Of a DNA stretch of 63,994 nt, positions 46,801-58,597 are shown in pieces (the stretch's first letter is position 1; every line of letters starts with the position of its first letter). The stretch lies in contig NW_003314335.1 in the NCBI RefSeq assembly GCF_000143415.4, positions 870,661 through 934,654 of the forward strand, read 5' to 3'. A program made the translations under genes and the position numbers. The DNA is from Selaginella moellendorffii (lineage: Eukaryota; Plantae; Lycopodiophyta). Below the pieces are notes generated by a model. That model had not been told where the DNA came from. It saw only the letters and a program-made list of their open reading frames with translations, and ran no database searches.

Positions 46801-47592
46801 TGGTTCGATATCCTTCCCCTTGCTGAGTTCTCCTATAACAACTCTGTTCACTCCTCTCTTTGAGTTTCCCCCTTCTTTGCGAACTTTGGCCGAAATCCCC
46901 GATTCAATCTCTCACTTCCTTCTCCATCTGAATCCTCTCGTTAAAATCCCCGCTCTGAGGCATTTATCTCCAACCTCCAGGAAATCCACAACTCCATCTC
47001 CTTCCACCTCCATCGTGCTCGGGAATCTCACAAAACATTTGCCAATGTCCATCATCAGGATTGTCCCCCTTACAATATCGGGGATAAAGTCTGGCTCCTC
47101 AGGCGAAATATCTCTACCACCATGCCCTGTCCAAAACTCGATTTCAAACGCCTCGGTCCTTTTCCTATCACTGCCATCATTAATCCTGTCACTTATCGCC
47201 TTGCACTTCCCTCCTCATATCAAATTCACCCCGTTTTTCACTCCTCTCTCCTTGAGCCTTATATTCCCAGTCCTATTCCAAATCGGGTCATTCCTCCGCC
47301 TCCACCAGTGCAGCTCGAGGATGGGTCTGAGTACGAGGTTTAGGACATCCTTGATTCCAAGATTTCACGGTCTAAACTCTACTATCTGGTCGACTGGAAG
47401 GGTTACGGACCTTAGGAACGCACTTGGGAACCTGCGGACAACCTGATTCATTCTCCTGACCTTGTTCAGGACTTCCACCGCCGCTATCCTTCTCGTCCCA
47501 GTCCTCATTCTTTTTCTCCATCTCCCATCCCTCGCCGCTCATCTCATCCTCCTCTTCGTTCTCGTTCACATCCTTGTTCCACTCGTTCTTGA
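43852..47592 (+). pseudogene. pol: pol (PR-RT-RH-INT-chromodomain), single -1 frame, interrupted by 7 stops
   Basis: ORFs starting at 43786, 44821, 45190 and 47122 share one frame. Chromodomain EYEV*DILDS..YYLVDWKGYGP*ERTWEPADNL at 47329-47500. Confidence 0.93.
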
Positions 47593-47603
47593 GGAGGGGG
47601 TGC

Positions 47604-47939
47604 TGTCAGGAATCCCCCAATTCTTGCCACATTCCTGACTCTCGCCGGATTCCTGACCTGCAGACCACATTCCTGACTCTCGAGACACTTCCCTATTCCT
47701 GACTCTCGAGCCATATTCCTGATGATGATGTGGCGCCTCCTCGACCTCAGCTATATTTAGGCCGTCCTCGATCCAAGAGTGGTGGAGCTTCATCAACCTA
47801 TAGTATATATAGGTTAGCTTTGTTCCATTTCTCCACAATCTGAATCAACGCCAGTCTAAGGCTTCTTCTTTGTTTCCATTAGCTTTTTCTCTTTGTCTTT
47901 TTGCATTTTCCAGTCTTGATCTTGTCGAGGGTCTTGACA
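47604..47939 (+). repeat. 3' LTR of the nested chromovirus
   Basis: Near-identical copy of 42474-42809, followed by TSD GATTC. Confidence 0.97.
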
Positions 47940-48177
47940 GATTCTATGCTATTTGTGGTTGTTGTACTTGATGTTCAATGTCCATAAGGTGTAGAGCAAG
48001 AGCTACCTTCTCTTGATAAGGTTCACAAGGCTCAAAAGATTGAACTATAGATTCGAAGGCTTCAAGATGGGTTTGAGAATCTTGTATCATTTGCTGATGA
48101 TTTGCCATTTTGGCATTTACATTCTCAATATCACCTTAAGGATAGCCTTCTTTATTTTATGGGGACAGATCCTGATG

Positions 48178-48315
48178 TGTGAGACAAAAAATCCCTAGGC
48201 TATCGGATAGGTTCATCCCTAAGAATACTTGTTAAGGCATGATAGAAAGTGCAAAGCTATCCTCCTGGTCTGGAGGAGAATGACTAAAGTAGAATGGAAA
48301 AATTAGTCGCTTACA
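48178..48315. mobile_element. 138-bp miniature or internally deleted solo LTR (family A)
   Basis: TGTGAG...CTTACA termini; perfect TSD TGATG (48173-48177 and 48316-48320); removal restores the host integrase frame (GTDPDDHLRLVVP). Confidence 0.85.
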
Positions 48316-50119
48316 TGATGATCATTTACGGCTGGTGGTGCCTTCCGTCTTTATTCCACAGTTTCTCCATGCCTACCATGATTCTCCTGTTTTAGGCAGG
48401 CATATGGGATATCGTTGTGTGACCAAAAAGCTGCACATGTATTTTTATTAGCCAGAGATGTAATATAATATTATCTGGTATATGCGTAGCTGCATTTGGT
48501 GCTAAGCTTGTAATACTCCCCCTCGTGCTGTGGAAGAAGGATTGGAGTCAATTGCAATTTTCCGTCCATTTGAGTTGGTGGCATTTGATCTTATGGGACC
48601 TTTTCCATGATCAACTGCTTGCAATGAATATATTATTATTGCTTCTAACTCTTTGACTCATTGGGTGGATGTTGGTGCTCTTGGTAGCGCCTCTACAACT
48701 GCTATTGGATACTTCCTCTTCAAGCGAGTGGTGTTCCAGCAATTTTGTCCAAAGCGGATTCTTTCGGATAATGGCATTTATGGCTGAGGCATTTCATGTT
48801 TTGATATCTCGATTGGGGATATGCCACACTTTCACGAGTATTTATCATCCACAGTTAAACAATTTGGCAGAATAGCTCATTTAGACATTCAAAAGAATGA
48901 TCATGAAGTACGTGAACTTTTAGCATTCGGATTGAGATAGTTATTTGCCATCTCTTCGGTATACATATGTCATAGGGGTGTAGAGTTCTGTTAGTGCTTC
49001 ACTATATAAATTTTTATATGGTCATAATCCAATATTACTAATAGAGTTAAGTTTACCTTCACGATTGCCATGAGTTGCTGATGCTAAGTTGTGTAATTAG
49101 TATTTAATGAGCAATATTCCACTTGTGCGAGTAGAGTCTACCGAACACTTAAGCCGCATACAATTGGGACAACAATAGCGCTACAACTCCTATCATCATC
49201 CACCAGCAAAATATAAAATGGATAACTTAGTATTAATCTATTTTCCCCATCTTATAGTATGTGGTTTATCTAAGGGGCTCCTTTCTTAGTGGAAAGGACC
49301 ATATCAAGTGTTAAGGCAAGTTGGATCACAAGTTTATGAAGTTTAGCATGATATCTAGCATGCCAATCCTCCAGAAATTGTGCATATGCAATGGTTAAAA
49401 CACTTTGTACAAAGGGATCAGAAAGAACTAATACCACCTATAGATCTGCCAATGCCTCCTCTTGATGTTCCTCTAAGTCTTGGTCTATCTATAAGAGAAC
49501 CTTGATGGTCTTCCATTATTCCGAGAGGAGGGGATGATGTGAAATCCAAGTGTATGGCTACTATGCCATATACTAATATTAGTATAGTGGAATTTTGGTA
49601 GCTGTCAGATTGATTTTAATTTGGACCACTCGCTCTGTATATAAGCTAGGGTTTTTGGGTTAATTCATATGCACATTTTTTGTATTCCCTTTTCATATTC
49701 TATGCACTCACAATATTATAAATTAATAATCCAAAAAAACTACCTTGTATTTTCTTATTTAATTAAAATAATGATTGTGTGGATATTTATTATTAATAAT
49801 TTGATCGTATACACAATTATCATGCAAAGTAGTAAGTTTTTAATAGTTTTCTGCACTGTATAGCAATGCTTTGGTTCTTTTTACATAAAGGAATATGTAA
49901 AGTAATTCTTTTGTGCAAATAGACCAAAAATTTAGAGCAGATATGCATTGCTCCTCAAAGCTTTACTTTTCATCTTGGATATTTACTTCCACAAATTTAT
50001 GAGTAAACAAAACATTACATAAGCACAATGCCTACTGCAAAAATTTAAGGGCGATGACACTATTATACATAGTGAGTACTTGCACAGCAAATGCTGGGTG
50101 GTTTACAAAGAGGTGGACA

Positions 50120-50570
50120 CAAGGAGAGTCTTCGACTAGATAAAGAGGCACAATGTTGTCTTGTGGACAACGCTGATGCTTGGATACGTCCAGGCAGAGC
50201 AAGCACCAGCTGCACTGGATCTCTTCTCGCAGATGCAACAAGTCCAAGGCCTGGTACCCAACACTCCAACTTGTGCTACCGTGCAGAAGCTCCATGGGCC
50301 TGCAAGAGCTCCACAGCTCTCGAGACTAGAAGGGCCATCCACCAGCAAATCTGTCACACCGAGATGAAAGCCAAGGTGGTTGTCGTGAATTCTCTGCTGG
50401 GCTTCTACGGATGGTGTGACTGCATGGAAGAATCTCGCAAAGTTTTTGACTCGAAGGCCAGCACAAGATGCAATGCCGTGACTTGGAACACAATCATCGC
50501 CAGCTACTACCACCAGGGAGACGTAGCCTCGGCTCTCAGGATCTTCGAGAGGATGGAGGATCATTGGTAG
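50120..50570 (+). pseudogene. PPR (PLS) pseudogene fragment
   Basis: RRVFD*IKRHNVVLWTTLMLGYVQ..ALDLFSQM, then a frameshift into VVNSLLGFYGWCDCMEESRKVFD..TWNTIIASY. Confidence 0.8.
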
Positions 50571-51641
50571 CATACTTTAGCTTCCCCTCCTTTGACAGCT
50601 CAAAGTACTCCCTCGATGCCTTCAAGTCACACACACCTTCAGGTCTTTGCATCACCCACACCTGCTACCATGGTGCCAGTCAGCTCCAAGATTTGAGCAT
50701 AGCCCAACTCTTCATTTCTGGCACACTCTCCCACTAGCCCTACCTGTGGTGTTGCTCACGCACTGCACCCAAGCAAGTTGATCCAGAAAGGAGTCTAGAT
50801 TGTATGCCTGACTACCATTCTACTTGCCCCTATTATCCTCATGAGCACCTCCTCTAGGAGCTTACAGGTGCATAAACTCTCATAGGAATGCCCACACAAC
50901 CACGTCCAAGAAAAGCAACCATGGAGCCTTAGGAGTGCATGGTGTAACCATGCCCTCTTCCCTTCCTGACCACACATGCATCCCACTCATTGGCTGCCAC
51001 AACATTGAGTCAATATTCCCACTAACCATAACCACTAGCCCTGGCCCGGGCCTAAGGTGGCCTCCCCTTCCTAAGAACCATGGCTTTCGAGGCTGCCTCG
51101 AGCCCAGGATCGGACGGCTGTGGGGGTCTAGGCCCTTCATTCTTACTATTATAGATTCTTCCGGCAGATTAAAGAATATCCCAGAATAGTCCTAAACCGG
51201 ATATTCATCCATGTGGCATTTGACGGCACTGTCAATGATTCAAATATCTGGCAGTTTTTCTTATATTAGCGCTTGCCTGGATCCAAGGCAACCTTAGAAG
51301 AACAGGAGCTTGTTTTCTTCCATGGTGCCATGCTAGCTTTGTCTTGAGAAAAGAGAAGGAAAATGTTGCTAGAGAAATTAGGCACAAAATGATGAGGAAA
51401 TTCCTTCATGTTTTACCCTGAAAGTGACTCGGATTTTATAGATAGTGACCACTAACTAATGCTGTAAAATTTTCAAATTTTTCAAAATCATACCAGCTCA
51501 ATTTCTGTTGGTTTAATTCCATTTTGTATCAACGACGGCCTAGCCATTCTCTCAATATCTAGGTCAGGGCTATCATTGGAGAGTCGCAATTCTTGTTTGA
51601 TCGATCGTGCAGCCAAATTTGTGTGCACAATTCTCACAATT

Positions 51642-51665
51642 CTCTCTCTCTCTCTCTCTCTCTCT
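51642..51665. repeat. (CT)n microsatellite
   Basis: About 12 CT units. Confidence 0.9.
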
Positions 51666-51917
51666 ATATGGGATGCTTAATCACCAAATAGATTGCAAGG
51701 ATGAGCTCCAGCCCTAGGCTTTCGATCTTGTAGTTTCAGCATTCTCCATCCACTGCTGCCATAGCAAAGAGAGAGAAGAAGAATAGGAGAAAGAAGAGGA
51801 AGAAGTTGGACCAAGTATGGCTGCATTTCATTCTTGCCTTGCCACAAACTCCATATAGAGATCAAGATGATGCTTTTCCCATGGATTTTACAGGGTGAAC
51901 CATGGCTAGGAGGGAGT

Positions 51918-52035
51918 GATGCTTCACCTCCAAATGCACAAGAGGATGCTTCACTGCTAGACAAGAGGACATAGTGATGCTTCACCTCCAAATGCACAAG
52001 AGGATGCTTCATTGCTAGACAAGAGGACACAGCTG
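51918..52035. repeat. 58-bp tandem duplication
   Basis: GATGCTTCACCTCCAAATGCACAAGAGGATGCTTCAYTGCTAGACAAGAGGACA at 51918 and 51976. Confidence 0.85.
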
Positions 52036-53042
52036 GATGCTTTTAGCAGTGACAAGGTGCTAAATTTCTTTTGTATAATCTTACATATGGTGATTGTTAT
52101 GGATTGACTATATGCTGGAGTATTTCATCCAGCAAGAGCCTATCAAAGTGCTACTTGATGATCCTCATCGAAAGTCATTTACTACCACACAAGTAGTACT
52201 ATAGTGTCCAGATACGCTCCTAGAGTGTGGCACACCAAGGGAGTTTGCCATGTAAAATATTTCAGTTTTATTTTGCCATAATGAATGCTTTTGTAGATTT
52301 GTAATGCTTTCCAACATGCATGAGAAATGGAGGAAGTACCTACATGATCAGTAGCTCTGGAAATAGACAATCAAAGTCCATAAACAACATATTAAGGAGA
52401 TGCCTAAAAATTAGCAAGTCAAGTTCTTAGACCGTAAGCATTATTAGTCAAAACCTAGTGTCATTCATTTTGCATGTGATCATATGCTTACTCTGTGGAG
52501 GGGAAATCCATAAACACCAAAACGAGTGAGCACGGAGAAACCATTGCTGCCTAGGGACTTGATCCTCCTTATGCTCCAGTGTTAATTACCATCATGGCCA
52601 TCTGAAGGTTCATCCTCCTTGGCATAGGCTTCTTTGACAATGTTATCGTTGCTCTCCACCACACCACCACTTACTCTTTGCTTTCCACCAAGTCCTCTAT
52701 TATATTTTGTCTCTCTTGATTGATATAAGGGTTTCCACCCCTCCCAAGTTTTAGGATTATTTCTAATCCCTCACTAATTAATTATACTTAGTCTAAAACA
52801 AAGGGAAGCCCATGATCTTGACTTTATCTCGGTCACGAGCACACTCTAGCCCTTTAACACACTCTCTATATAGAAGTCAATCATAATCTCTCGCACCTAA
52901 TCTTCACATAGAGGAAGCAACAAATCAACCTATGGGAGTAGCCAATTTAATGACATTGAAGACTGCAATAGCTTTTTTGGGTGAGTGTCCTCAAATGTCT
53001 ATGAAACCCATTCGGATTTATATCCTGGCAATGTAGAATAGT

Positions 53043-55481
53043 CATAGTTGCAGCTAGATATGCAAACGTTCCAAAGTGTCGACGTTTAAATACCGTTTAA
53101 AACGTTTTTTTCAGGACAATCCAATGTTTATATGTTAAAGCCTAAAATGATTAAGAAAACACTAATATTTACTAAAGAAACTTTAATCTGATATTAAGTT
53201 TATAAAACCTAACCGAATAACATTCTAAAACAAATGAAAGAAGAAGTCGTTTTAGTCGTCTTCTGATTCCGAATCATCTTCCATTCCTTCATCGATGCTA
53301 AACTCCTCAGCAGCCTAATTTGGTTCCTCAAAAGCTTCTTGCAGATCCAAAATCCTCTTCTAATGAGGCTCTAACTCTAGCTTGTTTATATCAATCTCCA
53401 GCATCCTCAAACCTTCACTCTCTAGCTTCTGAGCAACCCGCAAGTTTGTGCAAATGTAAACCAACTTCTCAGCATTTTTGGGAAGCAAGCGGGACTTGCA
53501 CTTTGTTTGTATCAAGCTCCATGAGCTTCAATTCTTCTCGCATGGAGAAGCGCAAACAACCTAGCTTAAAATCCAGAGAGCCATGCGACATAGATCAGGC
53601 ATCTCTAAACCAAAAGAACTCCACCAGGTTACTAGAAACTTTCTGGTCTCCCGATCCTTGGCAACAAGTAACCTCATTTGCTGTCCAAGCTGTTGCCGAA
53701 AACTCTCAAATTGTGCCTGCAATCTCAACTGCAAGTCCAGATCACCTCCATTATAAACATGCATATACTCCAACCAGTTCCCGCATGCCTCATTGTCCAG
53801 CTTGTCATTCTCTAGGTTATCCCCCAGAAACAAAGGATGAAGAGCAAAAGCAGCTCCATGAATGATATTGTGCATTTTATACCACCTTGCCTCCTTCAGA
53901 TTGTGTGATTCAAGTAGGAAATCCTTGATTTGACCCACTTCCTCATGTGCATAAATTCCGTTTCGAGCTCCCTCATCCATCTTCTCGATCAGCCAATCAA
54001 CAGCTTCAAAGATGAGGCCTGAAGTTGCCCCCTCCCGATCAGCAAGCCGAAGAACTCGAAGTAAAGGTCCAAGCAAAATTAACAAATTCTCGCACTGCTC
54101 CCAGAACGAGTCATTGAGAACATGAGATCGCAGCTCCAAGCCCTTTGGCTTCTTAGACCAGTCAAGTCACTCCCATTCTTGGCTCACCACCATTCTTCGA
54201 AGCCCAGAGAGATTCGTGGTCTCCAAAAGTTGAGACATCACGAGAAAAATATAAGCAAACCTCGTGGTCACAGGCTTTATCAAGTCCCGTTTGCAGAAAG
54301 TTCTATAAAGAGCTAGAACCCATGGCTTTGAGGTGATGAAGGTAACTGTCTTCACACAACCATCGACAAAAGGCTGCACCCAAGACAGAGCTCCAATATC
54401 TCCAAACAGCAAGTCCATAACGTGGCAAACGCAGCGAATGTGTACAATCTGTGGAAACTTCTACTGCAAAAGCTCCCCCATGACCACACAGTTGCTTGCA
54501 TTGTCCGTCACCACCTGCACAATGTTTTCCACACCAACCTTGGCAATCACTTGTTTCAGCTGCTCAAACAACCATGCTCCCGTTTTCTTCGTGTTCTTGC
54601 TGTCCACAGCCTTCAGGAAAATTGAGCCTCTCACAGAACTGACCATGAAGTTGATAAGAGACCACTTCTTGATATCAGACCAGCCATCTGTGAAAATGGT
54701 ACAACCATATGTCCTCCAACTTAGCCGCACATCTTCAAGCTTTTTTTGAACATTGTTGTAGATTCGCTGTAGCTCAGTTGTCCGCAACTTCTCATATCCC
54801 ATGAGGTTGTCAATCGCTAGATGCCCCACTTTTGCGGCAAATTTCAGCATTCTCTTCAAGTTGTCTCTTTGGATTGTGTTGAAGGAGATGTTCTCGGCAA
54901 AGAAGAACTCTGCAACAGCATCATCCAGTGCCTAAGCCAAAGCAGTATCAAAAAATGTCACCAAATTTCCATCTAAGGATCTGCGTTTCGCTGCTCTACT
55001 TGTCCCAGCACTGGACCAGTTCTCTGTGCTTGCCACCATAGATTCTGCTGGCCCCCCTAAACCCTGTGTGGCTTGCTGCAGCAGATGCCTATCATCGGCA
55101 TCTGCTGGGTCTGCTAGCTCGAAATCAAAAAAACTGCTGCGAGCTTTTTTAAGAACCTCATGAAGGATCTCCCTCATTGCCTTGCATGTTTTCACACCTC
55201 TTGCCCGAAGTCCAGCAAGATGTGCTCGCACTCGGTCTGCTCCCCCAGTGTGAATCTCATGACAATACTTATATGTCCAATGCCACTCTACTCGTATCAC
55301 ATGCTTCCAGCTCCAACATTCACGGTGTCCTCCAATTCCTGTCATGACCCTGAAGAAACCCTAAAGAAACCTTTGTCTCTTTTCGCAAATAGTGCAAACG
55401 CATTAGGAGTTTAGAATGGCATTTTTGAACGCGTTTAAAATGTTACGTTTTTTAAGTTTCACACGTTTTCTAGCAACTATT
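53043..55481 (-). mobile_element. Degenerate hAT DNA transposon (BED finger, DUF659 RNase H-like core, dimerisation domain)
   Basis: WKHV..YCHE..GGADRVRAHLAG..VKTC; GCTIFTDGWSD..LINFMV..VGVENIVQVVTDNASNC; PVTTRFA; WWSSFGLEMPDLCRMALWILS; many stops and frameshifts. Imperfect TIRs ATAGTTGC(AGC)TAGA and TCTAGCAACTAT; no clean 8-bp TSD. Confidence 0.88.
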
Positions 55482-55846
55482 CAATCTGAATAGTTCTGAT
55501 TGTAGCATCTGGAAGGAAGTAATTGCAAACAGTAACTTTTCTTTTTGGACTTTTTCTGTGAAGTGCAATCTTACATAGTTCTTTCAGGAAGAGAGCATAG
55601 TTGATATCCTCCAACTTGAGCTTATAAGGAAAACCTTTACGTGCGGCTGCATAAGTATGCACACACCTTGTTAGATAACTCATTCCATATCTCTCACTTA
55701 TTTGTCCATTTTTCCATCCTTCAAGCAAACACTTCTCACATTCAACACATGGATGACAATGTATGTGGATACCTGGAACCCAAACTAACACTTCATTTAT
55801 GAATGCAATATACTACAACTCTTCCAAACAAGATTCTAAGGAGATT

Positions 55847-56272
55847 TGTAGTGCATTCTATCTCTTTCCCCTTAAGCCAATTAGAAAAGGGGCAATTGCT
55901 TGATAAGAGAGCCTTTAGTGGCTATTTTATCCCCATTTATCCCCCAAGAATCCAAGGATCCATGATAATAATATATCCAAATCTCATCCCATGATCATAT
56001 GCATTACATTCACCCCCCCACATTACATATCTTGCTTAAGGGTATATTATATTTTTAAGTAGCCACTAATCAATAGAAATTGAATCAGTGCCATTTGCTT
56101 TGATACTACATATAGCACACCCTATCTCTCTCCCCGTAAGCTAATTGAAAAAGGGGCACTTGCTTAATAAGAGAACCCTTAGTGGTTATTTTATCCCTAT
56201 TTATCCCCCAAGATTCCAAAGATCCACAATGACAGTATATTCAAATCTCATCCCATGATCACATGCACTATA
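55847..56272 (-). mobile_element. TRIM (terminal-repeat retrotransposon in miniature), 426 bp
   Basis: 162-bp direct repeats at 55847-56008 and 56111-56272 with TGTAGTGCA...TGCATTACA-type termini; perfect TSD AGATT (55842-55846 and 56273-56277); minus-strand decayed Met PBS TAGTATCAAAGC and G-rich PPT in the 102-bp interior. Confidence 0.9.
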
Positions 56273-56497
56273 AGATTGAACAATATTTTTTGGGAAATTT
56301 TGCAGCACCTCTAAGTTAAATAGTCTCTGTCTAAATGGATATGCCTATCATGGTGTTTAGAATGATGGTTGAGAATCAGACCAATAGCAAATTGGTCCAT
56401 GAAAGGATTTTTATTATAGTTTGTGGAAGGAAATTTAAGTTGGACCTTTAATTATATATTATTATATTATAGAAAGCTGTATTTTAAAAAAATCTGC

Positions 56498-57643
56498 TGA
56501 GTGCATAGAATATAGAAAGGGAATACAGAAAATGTGCATATCATTTACCCCAAAAACCCTAGCTTATATACAAGAGCGAGTAGTCGAAATTGAAACCAAA
56601 CTAACGGCTACTAAAATCTCACTATGTTAATATTAGTATACAGCATCATAACTGTACACTTGGACCTCATATGATCCCCTCCTCTTGGAATAATGGAAAA
56701 TTGTCAAGGTTCTCTTATTGATGTGCTAGGATCTGGAAGAATATGTAAACAACTAAATTTTCCATTCTACTTTAGTCACTTAACCTCACCTCTGACCACT
56801 TGGAGGAGTCTTATTCACAACCTCCATAAGTCCCATTCAGGACTTGGGGCTTGCTAACCCCGAGAATGGCATCCATGCCACTCAACCTTTGCACTTGATC
56901 CAAGTGCTCCACATGTCCGATCCCATGACCGACACCCTAAAGTACCACCGACCTCTCAGCCTGTTACGCTAAGGCCATGCCTATTTACCTTGGTCAAACC
57001 ACATGTTGTAAAATTGGGAAAACAAACTAACACCAAGTCATTTGCTTTGTGCTCTACAAATGTATGATGATGGGAGTTGTAACGCTATTATTGTCCCACT
57101 TGTACATGGCCTAGGTGTTCAGTAAACTTTGTTGAGACAAGTGGAAGAATGTTTGTCAAATACTAATCCCATGATCTAGCATTTGCAATTCGTAGCAATC
57201 ATAAAGGTAAACCCAACTCTATTGACAATATTGGATCATGACCATATAAGAGTTTGTATGGTGAAGCACTAACTCTTTCCTATAGTGAAGGAAAGAACAA
57301 AAAAAAAAGAAATGAAAAAAGCTAGAAGGAAAGAGAAATCTAGACAATAAATTTAAATCAAAATCCCAAAAGGAAATAACAAAGAAAAGGAAATGGAAAA
57401 AGTTAAATCTAGACAATGCAAAAGTTAGATCTAAACCAAAATCCCAAATCAAGAACAATCAAAGATGCCCTTCACTTCCACCAATATTAATGCATGGAAT
57501 ATGGAAAGGGAATATAAAAAATGTGCATATCAATTAATCCATACAAGAATGAGTGGTCCAAATTAAAACCAATCCACGGCTACCAAAATCCCACTACATT
57601 AATATTAATATACAATATCATAACTGTACACTTTGACATCACA
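56498..57643 (-). mobile_element. Internally deleted non-autonomous copy of Gypsy family B
   Basis: Two reverse-complement copies of the family B LTR (56498-56671 and about 57488-57643), PBS TGGTGGAAGTGAAGGGCATC and PPT. The interior joins the 5' leader (matches about 39340-39545) directly to the integrase tail (matches about 48985-49270). Confidence 0.85.
56744..56994. mobile_element. Truncated family A LTR fragment inserted in the deleted family B copy
   Basis: Begins TGTAAACAACTAAATTTTTCCATTCTACTTTAGTCAC; reverse complement of about 905-1154. Confidence 0.8.
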
Positions 57644-58597
57644 TTGTGTGCTTTAATCTTATGTATTAATCTAATTAATCACTTGAAAGCTTATAACTTT
57701 AAACAAATCTTATTGAATATCAACCATTAGATGGTAGAATAGACTAGAATATACTAGAAGTGTTTAAAAAAGCTTATGTTTATAAAATATAAAGACAAGA
57801 TTAATCTAAATGAAAAATAACCATTATATGGTAGAATATCCAAAAATATCCTAAATATATTCATTACTTTACAAGAAAACCAAAAAACAATCCCTCACTC
57901 GATCAAACAGTGCATAGCATGTTTATTTTCTAATTTGCCAGCCCAAAGTTTCACATGGTAAGGTGTATCCTCTCCCTATTACCTTATTAAATTACTTAAT
58001 ATTTTATGCTTTAAAAGATATAACCATTTAACAATACATGTTCCATACAATGCTTGGTTTTATTTATTCTTTTATAAAATATTTTCAACCGTTAGACTCA
58101 GGAATATCCAACTCTAAGAATATTCACTTGCAGTTCCTTTTATCCTCCAAGAGACAAAAAAAAACCGGAGCCTCACTGAAAAAGCAATGCAGCAAAATTA
58201 GGCCTTCATTGCACCTAACCTCATAGTCGACCGAGTGCGTAGAGCAGCACAGCTTACTGGCGTTTGATCCTTCGTATTAAACCTTGACCTTGTGCGTTTT
58301 GTCGCTCCTGAAAGCACTGTGAATGTCCCCCTTCAATCTCAACACTGGAAGAGCAGTACCTGAATCGTTCGCTTTCCTCCGTTTTTTCTTGAAAATCTCA
58401 GGGTAACTTCCAGGCTGCAGAACATGTCGTTAAAAAAGCCAATAAAACTGTGGCATATGGCCATCAGTTTCTCGAAAACTGTACTCAGAACTTCTGCTCA
58501 CAACAGAGGGCCTGTGATCGCTGCATTAACACTGTTATGAAAAAAAGGTAAAGTTACCTACGGTGGTGTGCATCCCTCTTTTTCTTGGAAACCTGCC

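Larger units (their letters stand above)
42474..47939 (+). mobile_element. Full-length Ty3/Gypsy chromovirus (Tcn1/Tf1-sushi-like), nested in family B, inactivated by nonsense mutations
   Basis: 336-bp LTRs with TG..CA ends; perfect 5-bp TSD GATTC (42469-42473 and 47940-47944); gag with CCHC (CLYCVDPNHKAAVC); protease LLDSGA; RT YLDD; RNase H EADAS; integrase SDRGPQF and GPF; chromodomain; PPT GAGGAGGGGG at 47591-47600. Confidence 0.97.
39142..49710 (+). mobile_element. Old degenerate Ty3/Gypsy LTR retrotransposon (family B); LTRs about 39142-39315 and 49538-49710; carries two nested insertions
   Basis: Similar ~173-bp LTRs starting TGTGA; PBS-like TAATGGAGATGAGGGGCAC at about 39319; PPT GAGAGGAGGGGATGA before 49538. 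Broken gag, RT (MLEQGVIRKSQSP, FCIDYRPLN), RNase H (LAHPDYTRLFILCMDAS) and integrase (HDSP..HMG, FELVAFDLMGP) in Gypsy order. TSD not clear. Confidence 0.88.

Noticed and set aside
50570-51200. Possible LINE remnant (SSPGSDG resembles KAPGPDG)
   Set aside because: A single short motif with no following RT domains.
55847-56272. Cassandra-type TRIM
   Set aside because: No 5S rRNA-like segment recognised in the LTRs.
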